This document shows positions 26,096 through 35,271 of a stretch of 64,000 nt of DNA, piece by piece. The notes below the pieces were generated by a model, which worked only from the letters and a program-made list of their open reading frames with translations, was not told the DNA's origin and searched no databases. How positions within the stretch are numbered: position 1 is the stretch's first letter; each line of letters opens with the position of its first letter. Source of the stretch: Acutalibacteraceae bacterium. GTDB taxonomy: Bacteria; Bacillota; Clostridia; Oscillospirales; Acutalibacteraceae. The stretch is taken from the NCBI GenBank assembly GCA_045651645.1, contig JAZRSU010000023.1, positions 16,175 through 80,174 of the forward strand. The letters run 5' to 3'. Made by a program: the position numbers and the translations under genes.

Positions 26096-27262
26096 ATGAA
26101 GAAAAAGCTTTTAATAGTGGCTCACCATATGACTATCGGCGGTGTGCAGAAATCACTCATATCAGCACTAAAAGCACTTGATTACGATAAGTACGATGTA
26201 ACGCTTTACCTTCGCAAAAACCGCACCGACCTTCTCTCCTTTGTTGATAACAGAGTCAACGTTATAGTTAATACAGACCCTAACCGATACTACAGAAAAC
26301 CTTATGCAATTCTCTTGCAAATCAAATCTCTTATTGCAAAAGCTTTCGGCAAAAAAGATAAAGCCCATGAACTCAACGATATTCTTGAAGAAAAAATCCG
26401 ATGCGATGCTATGGAATATGAGCGTAAAACATATTTCAATAACACGCACTACGATATCGCAGTCGCTTACGTGCAGGGCTATGTAGCACTGTTTGTTGAT
26501 AAATGCATAAAAGCCGATAAAAAAATTCTGTTTTATCACACAAGCACAAACGATACCCCTGAAATTCATAACGCAGTTATTCCGAATTATTCGGCTGTTG
26601 CCGCTTTGCACGATCAGCAAAAAGCTTTGCTTGAAGAGTGGTATCCCGCCTCAATGGGCAAAATAAAAATTGTCGAAAACTATACGGATAAAGAGTTTAT
26701 AACCGAACAGAGCAAAGTTCTTTCAATTCCGAAAACAGACAAAACCGTTATATGCTCCTGCGGCAGATTTTCTCCCGTCAAAGGTTTTGATATGGCAGTT
26801 GAAGCAGCAAAAAAGTTGAAAGATGCCAAAGTCAAATTCATCTGGTATTTTGTCGGTGACGGCCCTGAAAGAAGTAAGCTTGAAAGTCAGATTTCGGAAT
26901 ATAACCTGGAAGACAATATTGTCGTTACAGGTATGCAGAAAAATCCGTATCCTTATATGGCAGACTGCGATATTTACGTCCAACCGTCATATGAAGAAGC
27001 ACTTGGTCTTACAATTCTCGAAGCACACCGACTCAACAAGCCTGTTATCACCACCGCAACCGTCGGCGGCTTAAAACTTGTTGAAAATGATATCAACGGA
27101 ATTGTTTGTGAAATAAACTCTGACGCTATTGCAGAAAGCATAGCCGACCTGATTCACGATAAAGAAAAATATAACCTTTTATTAAATAGTCTTAAATCCA
27201 TAGATTATTCGCATGAATTTAATAAATACAAACAGCAGTGGAAATCTCTGTTAGAGGAGTGA
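26096..27262 (+). CDS. GT4-family glycosyltransferase
   Basis: HHMTIGGVQKSLISALKAL ... QPSYEEALGLTILEAHRLNKPVITTATVGGLKLVENDINGIV. Confidence 0.85.
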   Translation: MKKKLLIVAHHMTIGGVQKSLISALKALDYDKYDVTLYLRKNRTDLLSFVDNRVNVIVNTDPNRYYRKPYAILLQIKSLIAKAFGKKDKAHELNDILEEKIRCDAMEYERKTYFNNTHYDIAVAYVQGYVALFVDKCIKADKKILFYHTSTNDTPEIHNAVIPNYSAVAALHDQQKALLEEWYPASMGKIKIVENYTDKEFITEQSKVLSIPKTDKTVICSCGRFSPVKGFDMAVEAAKKLKDAKVKFIWYFVGDGPERSKLESQISEYNLEDNIVVTGMQKNPYPYMADCDIYVQPSYEEALGLTILEAHRLNKPVITTATVGGLKLVENDINGIVCEINSDAIAESIADLIHDKEKYNLLLNSLKSIDYSHEFNKYKQQWKSLLEE

Positions 27263-27267
27263 AGCAA

Positions 27268-28923
27268 ATGAAGTTCAGCATACTTGTTCCTGTATATAAT
27301 GTTGAAGAATATCTTGAGCAGTGTGTTGATTCTCTGCTTAACCAGACCTATAAAGGTGATTATGAAATAGTGCTTGTCGATGACGGCTCTACCGATTCGT
27401 CAGGTCAAATCTGCGATAAATATGCAGAAAATCATCCCGAAAAAGTTAAGGTTGTTCATAAAGAAAACGGAGGGCATACCTCTGCCAGGCTCGAGGCTAT
27501 TAAAAACGCAAGTGGCGAATATAGCCTTTTCTGCGATTCGGACGATTTTGTTGAACCTAATCTTCTTGAAACCGTAGATAATGTTCTGTCCGACAATCCC
27601 GATACAGATATGGTTATGTATTCTTTCTGTTATTATGAAGACGGTAAAAAAACACAACGTAATATCTCTGTCTGGAACGGAACGGAGATATTTGAAGGTG
27701 ACAGTAAGAAAAAGCTTTATAATCTGCTTATAACAACACCGTATATCAATTCTTTATGGACCAAAGCAATAAAAACCGAATTTCTGAAAAACGACCCGAC
27801 AGATTACAGTGTTCTTAAAGATAAAGATGTTGCTGAAGATGCTTATATAGTTTCATATTTTGTTACTGCTTGTAAAAAGATAATAAACATCAACGAGCCT
27901 TTATATAATTACAGAATAAATCGCCAAAGCATTTCCCGTTCTTATAATTTTCAGAAAATTGCAAGAAAAAACACGTTGTTTTTATATTATCGTTTAAAAT
28001 CGCTTCTTCCGATTTGGGGTATGGATACCGAAGAACACCACCAAAAGCTCAATGCATGCCGTCTGAACGAGGTTGTGTACACTTTCAGACAGTATTATGA
28101 AAACGCGGAAAATGCAAAAAACAGAAAAGAAATTCTGAATTTTGATTGGGACTCTATGCTCCCCGAAGAGGTTATCAACAGCACAAACAATCCTTATGAA
28201 AACGCTGTTAACAGGAAAGTGTTATCTTATATACACAACAAAAACAAAATTGCACTCCAAATATATTCTCTAAAAAACAGGATATATAAGAAATTCAAAA
28301 CAATAAGAATTCATTTAAGAAATTTGGTGGGTGTGATTGTGATTAATAAAAAAAATATTAAATTAATTACGGAAAAAGAGCGCATATTGTATCTCGGCAA
28401 AACAAAAGCTTCACAAAAACAAATGAAAAAAACCGGACATAAACGATACTTTATTTATATGTATATCTACTGTCTTAGATTTTGTCAATTTTACCGTGAT
28501 ATCAGAAACGATAAAAACTCTTCACGTTTCAAAAAAATAGTATCTAAGTATAAATTCAAATATTATAACAGAAAAAAGAATATTTTCTCTTATAAATCAG
28601 GTGTTGAGATCGGATTAAACAGCAAAATCGGTCTGTGTTGCGATATTTGGCACGGCGGAGTAGTAATTAACGGCAACATTGGTGACTATTGTGTTCTTCA
28701 CGGAAACAACATAATAGGAAATAAAGGTGTCGGAAGAGAAAATCTTTGCCCAACAATCGGAAACAACGTAGACATCGGTGCAGGAGCCGTTATTATAGGC
28801 GATATAACCCTTGCAGACAATTGCATAGTTGGTGCGGGAGCTGTTGTAACAAAAAACTTCACTAAAAGTGATTCAATTATAATAGGCGTTCCCGGAAAAC
28901 AACTTAAGAAGGAGCATAATTGA
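27268..28923 (+). CDS. In-frame fusion of a GT2 glycosyltransferase and a left-handed beta-helix (hexapeptide) O-acetyltransferase
   Basis: N-terminal FSILVPVYNVEEYLEQCVDSLLNQTYKGDYEIVLVDDGSTDSSG ... LFCDSDDF. C-terminal hexapeptide repeats IGDYCVLHGNNIIGNKGVGRENLCPTIGNNVDIGAGAVIIGDITLADNCIVGAGAVV. No stop codon lies between the two parts. ATG 27268 lies 8 nt after GAGGAG. Confidence 0.8.
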   Translation: MKFSILVPVYNVEEYLEQCVDSLLNQTYKGDYEIVLVDDGSTDSSGQICDKYAENHPEKVKVVHKENGGHTSARLEAIKNASGEYSLFCDSDDFVEPNLLETVDNVLSDNPDTDMVMYSFCYYEDGKKTQRNISVWNGTEIFEGDSKKKLYNLLITTPYINSLWTKAIKTEFLKNDPTDYSVLKDKDVAEDAYIVSYFVTACKKIININEPLYNYRINRQSISRSYNFQKIARKNTLFLYYRLKSLLPIWGMDTEEHHQKLNACRLNEVVYTFRQYYENAENAKNRKEILNFDWDSMLPEEVINSTNNPYENAVNRKVLSYIHNKNKIALQIYSLKNRIYKKFKTIRIHLRNLVGVIVINKKNIKLITEKERILYLGKTKASQKQMKKTGHKRYFIYMYIYCLRFCQFYRDIRNDKNSSRFKKIVSKYKFKYYNRKKNIFSYKSGVEIGLNSKIGLCCDIWHGGVVINGNIGDYCVLHGNNIIGNKGVGRENLCPTIGNNVDIGAGAVIIGDITLADNCIVGAGAVVTKNFTKSDSIIIGVPGKQLKKEHN

Positions 28924-30119
28924 CTAAAATGAAAAATAATAATGATATCATTTTTTTGATCAAAGTTATGCTCGGCGGTGGTGCGGAGCGTGTCATTTCT
29001 CTTTTGAGTCGTGCCGCAGCAGACAGCGGAAATAACGTTACAATTATTCTGACGCACCAGAGCCGAAAAGATGCCGTTCTTCACGACGGTATCAAGGGTA
29101 TTAACATAGTTTCTTTGCCCGATGAAATTACGAACACAAAGAAATCAAAAATTATTCCGATGATGATTATGCTTTGTGCAAGGCTTATCGGCAAGCTCGG
29201 ATTTAAAGAAAAATCGTCAGTGCTAAAATATAAATCGATAAATTATGAGTCAGTTAAAGCGCTCAAACGGTTTTTCAATACTCACAAAGGCTGCTCTGCC
29301 GTTGCCTTTTTATATGACTCAATTTTTCTTTCGCTTCTCGCAAAAAGAAAATCGACCAAGCTCATTATTTCGGAGCGAAGCGATCCGGTGCAATATTTGA
29401 GCAATAATACAACAATGGCATTTATCAGAAACGAATTTCACAAGGCTGACGGATTCGTTTTTCAGTCTCCAGGGGCTCAAAAATGGTATGAAGAAAATAC
29501 TTCTGTCAGAGGAAAAGTTATTTTCAATCCCATCAAGGCGGATTTGCCCGAGTCTTTTGCGGGTGAAAGAAAAAAGAGAATCGTCAATTTCTGCCGTATC
29601 TCGGCTCAGAAGAATCTTATTATGCTTGTTGATGCTTTCTCGGAATTTCACAAGGAATTCCCCGAATACGAGCTTGACATTATCGGCGACCCTGTAGGTA
29701 ACGATGCTGAAGGATATATCGAAAAGGTCAGCACCCATATCAACAATCTTGATCTTGAAAATTATATTCATATCATTCCCTCGCGAAGAGATATCCACGA
29801 TGCAATAAAAGATTATGCAATGTTTGTTTCGTCATCGGATTTTGAGGGTATGTCAAATTCAATGCTAGAGGCAATGGCAATCGGTCTGCCCTGCGTTTGT
29901 ACCGACTGTCCTGCAGGCGGTGCAAGAGCTGTTATCAGAGACGGCGAAAACGGTCTGCTTGCACCCGTCGGTGATGCAATTGAGTTAAGCAAAGCAATGA
30001 AAAAAATCACAAAAAATCCTGAACTTGCAAGAAAGCTCTCTGAAAACTCAATCAAAATAAAAGAAAACCAGTCGGTTGAAAAAATTATTAAAGAATGGAT
30101 AAGTATCATTTTCAGTTAA
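28920..30119 (+). CDS. GT4-family glycosyltransferase (paralog of 24887-26095)
   Basis: KVMLGGGAERV ... FCRISAQKNLIMLVDAF ... SSDFEGMSNSMLEAMAIGLPCVCTDCPAGGARAVIRDGENGLL. Start is TTG 28920 (5 nt after GGAG) or ATG 28929. Confidence 0.9.
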   Translation: MTKMKNNNDIIFLIKVMLGGGAERVISLLSRAAADSGNNVTIILTHQSRKDAVLHDGIKGINIVSLPDEITNTKKSKIIPMMIMLCARLIGKLGFKEKSSVLKYKSINYESVKALKRFFNTHKGCSAVAFLYDSIFLSLLAKRKSTKLIISERSDPVQYLSNNTTMAFIRNEFHKADGFVFQSPGAQKWYEENTSVRGKVIFNPIKADLPESFAGERKKRIVNFCRISAQKNLIMLVDAFSEFHKEFPEYELDIIGDPVGNDAEGYIEKVSTHINNLDLENYIHIIPSRRDIHDAIKDYAMFVSSSDFEGMSNSMLEAMAIGLPCVCTDCPAGGARAVIRDGENGLLAPVGDAIELSKAMKKITKNPELARKLSENSIKIKENQSVEKIIKEWISIIFS

Positions 30120-30156
30120 TACACAGGATACATTATTTATATTTGAGGAATCGCTT

Positions 30157-31113
30157 ATGATTAATTTGTTTATCAAGATAAAAGAGAAAGCATACAATAT
30201 ATGGAAATACTTGAAAAATCCTATTAAACTTGTATGCGATATATGTGAATACGATAATCGCCGTTATGCGCATCTTATTAGCGATAAAATGCACTTAAAA
30301 TGTCTTTTCAGGAAATATATGGGGACAAAGCTAAACTTGTCAAAGCCCAAAACATTTAATGAAAAATTGCAGTGGCTTAAACTGTATGACCGCAAGCCTG
30401 AATATACGGTTATGGCTGATAAAGAATCTGTAAAAGAATATATTGCAAAAGAACTGGGCGAAGAATTTATTATTCCAACCATAGGTCTCTATGACTCTGT
30501 TGACGATATTCCGTTTGATGAATTGCCACAAAAATTCGTTATAAAATGCACACACGACAGCGGAAGTATATTTATATGCGATAAAATTTCCGGAATTGAT
30601 ATTGATTTCATAAAAAATGAACTATCCAAAAAATTGCAGACAAATCATTTCTGGCATAGCCGTGAATGGGTTTATAAAGATATCAGACCGAGAATAATAA
30701 TCGAAGAGTTTCTTCCCGATGAAAACGGGAACAGTCCTGTTGACTATAAATTTTTCTGTTTTGACGGTAAAATGGAGGTATTCAAAATTGACTATAACCG
30801 TTTTACTAAACGAGCAGCTAATTATTATAACAAAAATTGTGAATATCTTGATTTCGGAAAAATTCACAGTATACCCGACCCGTCTATAAAGCTTAAGCTC
30901 CCTGAAAATTTTGAAGAAATGATTAAAATAACAGAATTTCTTTCAAAAGAAATACCCTTTTTGAGAGTTGACTTATATTCGGTCAATAACAGGATTTATT
31001 TCGGAGAGCTCACATTTTTTCCTTCAAGCGGCATTGAGCCCTTTACTAATAACGGGGATATTTTTATGGGAAATCTTTTGAAATTACCAAAAACAAAAAA
31101 ACGGAGACGCTAA
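30157..31113 (+). CDS. TupA-like ATP-grasp family protein (putative amidoligase acting on a glycan or nucleotide sugar)
   Basis: Characteristic KPKTFNEKLQWLKLYDRKPEYTVMADKESVKEYI ... KFVIKCTHDSGS ... VDYKFFCFDGKMEVF ... LRVDLYSVNNRIYFGELTFFPSSG. Confidence 0.8.
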   Translation: MINLFIKIKEKAYNIWKYLKNPIKLVCDICEYDNRRYAHLISDKMHLKCLFRKYMGTKLNLSKPKTFNEKLQWLKLYDRKPEYTVMADKESVKEYIAKELGEEFIIPTIGLYDSVDDIPFDELPQKFVIKCTHDSGSIFICDKISGIDIDFIKNELSKKLQTNHFWHSREWVYKDIRPRIIIEEFLPDENGNSPVDYKFFCFDGKMEVFKIDYNRFTKRAANYYNKNCEYLDFGKIHSIPDPSIKLKLPENFEEMIKITEFLSKEIPFLRVDLYSVNNRIYFGELTFFPSSGIEPFTNNGDIFMGNLLKLPKTKKRRR

Positions 31114-31115
31114 AA

Positions 31116-32234
31116 ATGAACACACCTTCAGTAAGTATAATTGTGCCTATTTACAACAAAGAACCATATCTTGAAGAATGTCTTAATAGTATAATCAACC
31201 AAACGCTTGATACAATTGAAATAATTCTTGTTGATGACGGTTCAACCGACAACAGCAGAGCTGTTTGCGAAAAATTTTTATCCGATAAAAGAGTTTGTTA
31301 CATTTTTCAAGAAAATGAAGGACTTGCTTCTGCAAGGCAAACGGGTATTGATGCATCGAACGGAGAATATCTGGGTTTTATTGATGCTGATGATTGGATA
31401 GAACTTGATATGTTTGAAAAAATGTATCAAACCGCAAAAAAACACGATGCAGATGTTGTCTACTGTAATAAAGCATTTACTGATACTCTACGTAAACCTT
31501 CAAAAGAACTAACTACCGGATATTATAACCGAGAAAGAATTTTATCCGATGTTCTTCCTAAATCCCTCGCCTATATCGGAAAGAATGGCGATAAAAGAGT
31601 TATCAGTTGGAGTAACTGTCGCAGAATATACAGAAAAAAACTTCTTGTTGATAACAACATTATTTTTGACAAAAGATTCAGAAGAAGTCAGGACTTACAG
31701 TTAACATATGAATCCATGCTTCATGCAAACAGTTTCTACTATATGGGTGATGACTATTTTTATCACGTTCGTCCCGTTGCTAACTCACTTGCAAGAGGCT
31801 ACACAAAAAATATGTGGAACTTATATATTCCGCTTATCGAAAGACTATATAAAGACACAGAGAATTTCAAAGAGGCAGATCTTATGGATCAGATGCACCT
31901 TCGTGCATTCTTCTTTGTAACGGAATGTATAGAAAATGAATTTAAGCCTTTGTGTCCTAACGATAGAGTTACAAGAATTGAGAAAATTTCCGAGATTATA
32001 AATCACCCTATATGCGAACGTTTCTACGGCCATATAGAGGTTGAAAAACTGAATCCGCTTTATCAGAAATACTACGAGCTTATTCACGAGAAAAAAGCCA
32101 AAGAGATTCTTGAATTCACCGAAAAGTACAAGAAAAAGCAGGCACGAAAGCAGAGAATAAGAAGTAAGTACATAGCTCCTTTGCTCAATGTCCTTACAGA
32201 AAATGCAGTTTATAAAAAGCTCAGAGGTAAATAA
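31116..32234 (+). CDS. GT2-family glycosyltransferase
   Basis: VSIIVPIYNKEPYLEECLNSIINQTLDTIEIILVDDGSTDNSRAVCEKF ... FIDADDW. Confidence 0.9.
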   Translation: MNTPSVSIIVPIYNKEPYLEECLNSIINQTLDTIEIILVDDGSTDNSRAVCEKFLSDKRVCYIFQENEGLASARQTGIDASNGEYLGFIDADDWIELDMFEKMYQTAKKHDADVVYCNKAFTDTLRKPSKELTTGYYNRERILSDVLPKSLAYIGKNGDKRVISWSNCRRIYRKKLLVDNNIIFDKRFRRSQDLQLTYESMLHANSFYYMGDDYFYHVRPVANSLARGYTKNMWNLYIPLIERLYKDTENFKEADLMDQMHLRAFFFVTECIENEFKPLCPNDRVTRIEKISEIINHPICERFYGHIEVEKLNPLYQKYYELIHEKKAKEILEFTEKYKKKQARKQRIRSKYIAPLLNVLTENAVYKKLRGK

Positions 32235-32269
32235 TAAAACCTGATTTAACACACAATGAGGTGTTATAG

Positions 32270-33223
32270 ATGAAAAGTTTTTTAATTTCAATAGACACAG
32301 AAGGCGATAATCTTTGGAAATGGAGCATCGGCGACCAGATAACAACCGAAAATGCAAAATATCTTCCGAGATTTCAGGAGCTTTGTGAAAAATACAGTTT
32401 TAAGCCAACATACCTGACAAACTATGAGATGGCTTCAGATCCTTTTTTTGCAGATTATTTCAAAAAAAAGAACGACCTGAATCTATGCGAAATAGGTATG
32501 CATTTACACGCATGGAACAGCCCTCCGGATTTTGAATTAGGAATAAGGAACGATGTTTTACCCGGTGCACCTTTTATAACAGAATATCCTCGTGACATTA
32601 TAGAAGAAAAAGTATTTTATCTGACTGAATTGCTAAAAAATAGTTTTGAAACAGATATTATTAGTCACAGATCAGGAAGATGGGCTACAAATTCAGAATA
32701 TTTTAATATTCTGAACCAAAACAACTACAAAATAGATTGCTCCGTAACGCCTATGGTAAATTGGGGAAAAGCTGCAGGACAAAGTTCGGATTCGTGGGGA
32801 ACAGATTACACGGATTTCAAGCTTTTGCCGTATACTATTGAAAACACAGATATTCTTGAAATTCCGGTCACAATCCGAGATAATCATAGGCTAAAGCCTC
32901 TTAAAGGTTGCGGTGTGCGAAAAGGAATAAAGAGAATAAAAGAGGCGTATGAAGGATACGGAAAGGTATGGTTACGACCCAGAAATACTAAAGAAAGTCT
33001 TGAAGATATGATGTATCTGACAGATAAAATCAAGAAGGAATCAAAAACAGATTACCTTATGTTTATGCTGCATTCTTCAGAGTTTATGCCGGGTGGCAGT
33101 CCGTCATTTCCTGATAATGAATCTATAGAGCAGCTGTATCAGAACTTAGACACATTATTTAATCACATCAGTAAAAGTTTTTCGGGGTGTACTTTTAAGG
33201 AGTATTATGAAAAAATCAGATAA
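32270..33223 (+). CDS. Hypothetical protein, possibly a polysaccharide deacetylase/esterase-like modification enzyme
   Basis: N-terminal FLISIDTEGDN plus later MHLHAWN and HRSGRWA His-containing motifs recall divergent CE4-like deacetylases. Recognition by eye is weak. Confidence 0.4.
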   Translation: MKSFLISIDTEGDNLWKWSIGDQITTENAKYLPRFQELCEKYSFKPTYLTNYEMASDPFFADYFKKKNDLNLCEIGMHLHAWNSPPDFELGIRNDVLPGAPFITEYPRDIIEEKVFYLTELLKNSFETDIISHRSGRWATNSEYFNILNQNNYKIDCSVTPMVNWGKAAGQSSDSWGTDYTDFKLLPYTIENTDILEIPVTIRDNHRLKPLKGCGVRKGIKRIKEAYEGYGKVWLRPRNTKESLEDMMYLTDKIKKESKTDYLMFMLHSSEFMPGGSPSFPDNESIEQLYQNLDTLFNHISKSFSGCTFKEYYEKIR

Positions 33224-34370
33224 AGAAAGCAAAAAGCGGATACTTTTTGTTACGCAGACCCTAGCGTGCGGCGGTGCGGAAACAGTACTTGTAAATATAG
33301 CAAACAATCTCAGCCGCAGAGGGTACAGTGTTACAATTCTGTGCTATGAAAAAGCTGAGGATCTTGTCCCTTCGCTTGACAGTGAGATACGATATATCTA
33401 CAAGCCTCGAAGGGAATTCCCGATTTTACGTAAGATACCTTATGTCAAAAGGTTTTATAAGTACAAGAAAGCAGTCTGGGAGCATAGAGTTTCTGCAAAA
33501 GGACTGTATAAGTATTACGTAGGTAAAGAAAAATATGATATTGAGATAGGCTTTTTACGAGGCGCTGCAATAAAAATTGTCAGCGGCTCTACAAATAAAA
33601 AGTCGAAAAAGTTTGCGTGGGTACATACTGATTTCAGACTTTGCAATCCGAAGTCAATTATGGGTTGGTTCAACAACAGTGAAGAAATTACAGCTGCGTA
33701 CAGCAGAATGGATAAAATTTTCTGCGTTTCAGATAAGGCGAGAGAGAGCTTTAACGAAGTAGTTGGTTTGGCAGAAAAAACAGAAACTCTCTATAATTTG
33801 ATTCCGTCAGAAAAAATCATTAAAAAAAGCTATGAAGAAATCCCACTGAATAAAGAAAAATTCACAGTGGTGACGGTGGGTAGGTTAATAACGGACAAAC
33901 GCCACGAAAGGTTGCTTTCAGCTGTTAAAAAGTTGACCGATGAAGGATATGATTTTGATGTTTGGATTGTTGGTAGAGGCGCACAAGAAGAATGCTTGAA
34001 AAAGTATTGTGCTGATGAAAATATCCGTAACGTTACGTTTACCGATATGCAGCTTAATCCGTATCCGTATATGCGAAAAGCTGATTTATTTGTTCTTTCC
34101 TCGTTAAGAGAAGGCTTTGCTTTGGTTATTCCTGAAGCTATGGCTTGTGGTTTACCTGTTCTCAGTACAGCCTGCACCGGTCCGGTCGAAATACTTAAAA
34201 ATGGTGAATACGGTATGCTGGTTGATAATAATGATGAAAGCTTATATTACGGCTTGAAAAATGTACTGGATAATCCGGAACAGCTTGATTATTTCAGAAA
34301 AAAATCAGCAGAAAGATATCACGATTTTGATGAAAAAATAATAATTGAAGAGATTATCAGTGCTTTTTGA
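33207..34370 (+). CDS. GT4-family glycosyltransferase
   Basis: ILFVTQTLACGGAETVLVNIANNL ... SSLREGFALVIPEAMACGLPVLSTACTGPVEILKNGEYGMLV. AAGGAG RBS; 17-nt overlap with the upstream gene. Confidence 0.9.
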   Translation: MKKSDKESKKRILFVTQTLACGGAETVLVNIANNLSRRGYSVTILCYEKAEDLVPSLDSEIRYIYKPRREFPILRKIPYVKRFYKYKKAVWEHRVSAKGLYKYYVGKEKYDIEIGFLRGAAIKIVSGSTNKKSKKFAWVHTDFRLCNPKSIMGWFNNSEEITAAYSRMDKIFCVSDKARESFNEVVGLAEKTETLYNLIPSEKIIKKSYEEIPLNKEKFTVVTVGRLITDKRHERLLSAVKKLTDEGYDFDVWIVGRGAQEECLKKYCADENIRNVTFTDMQLNPYPYMRKADLFVLSSLREGFALVIPEAMACGLPVLSTACTGPVEILKNGEYGMLVDNNDESLYYGLKNVLDNPEQLDYFRKKSAERYHDFDEKIIIEEIISAF

Positions 34371-34402
34371 AATTACTAAAGATGAGTAAAAGTGGAGGTA
34401 TT

Positions 34403-35263
34403 ATGACAGAACAAAACTGGACAACGGTTGTTAAATCAACCAATAACGCTTTCAATATGGACTTAAAGGGTCTTAAGAATTGCAAAGACCTTATAATGCT
34501 TTTTGTGCGCAGGACGTTTGTTGCTAAGTACAAGCAGACAGTGCTCGGTCCTGCATGGGCAATTATTCAACCGTTTTTTACAACGGTTGTTTACTCCGTA
34601 TTCTTCGGTAATATTGCGGGCCTTGGTGCTTCAGGTGTACCTAACTTTATTTTTTATCTTTCAGGTACTATTGTCTGGACACTCTTTGCAAACTGCCTGA
34701 CAGAAACCTCGCATACTTTCACAGCTAACTCTGCTATACTCGGCAAGGTGTATTTCCCTCGTCTTGTAATGCCGATTTCTACTGCTGTTTCACAGTTTAT
34801 CGGTTTCTTTATTCAGTTTGCGTTTATGCTCTGTTTTATGGTGTATTACCTTGTGACAGATGCAGGTCTTAAACCCAATATATTAATTGCAATGTTCCCG
34901 CTTGTGCTCATTCAGCTTGCAGTTCTCGGTATGGGCTTTGGTATGATTATTTCTGCGCTTACGACAAAATACCGTGATCTCGCAATGGTCGTTGGCTTTG
35001 GTGTTAGTCTTTGGTCATACGCTTCTCCTGTTGCGTACGATATGTTCAGCCGCTCACAGCTTGCACCCGGCAGTGTGTTCTATAGCATATATATGCTCAA
35101 TCCCGTAACACCTGCAATCAATCTTTTCCGTTACGGATTTCTCGGCTCGGGTGAAGTTGACTGGCTGTTTTACGGCATCAGCTGGGTTACAACCGCTGCT
35201 GTTGCCGTAATCGGTGCGCTGATGTTCAGTAAATCCGAAAAAACATTTATGGATACAGTGTGA
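34403..35263 (+). CDS. wzm: ABC-2 type polysaccharide/teichoic-acid export permease (Wzm/TagG-like)
   Basis: Motif FVAKYKQTVLGPAWAIIQPFFTTVVYSVFF and six predicted TM segments. ATG 34403 follows GGAGG, so I prefer it to the start at 34367. Confidence 0.85.
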   Translation: MTEQNWTTVVKSTNNAFNMDLKGLKNCKDLIMLFVRRTFVAKYKQTVLGPAWAIIQPFFTTVVYSVFFGNIAGLGASGVPNFIFYLSGTIVWTLFANCLTETSHTFTANSAILGKVYFPRLVMPISTAVSQFIGFFIQFAFMLCFMVYYLVTDAGLKPNILIAMFPLVLIQLAVLGMGFGMIISALTTKYRDLAMVVGFGVSLWSYASPVAYDMFSRSQLAPGSVFYSIYMLNPVTPAINLFRYGFLGSGEVDWLFYGISWVTTAAVAVIGALMFSKSEKTFMDTV

Positions 35264-35271
35264 GGTGCGGT

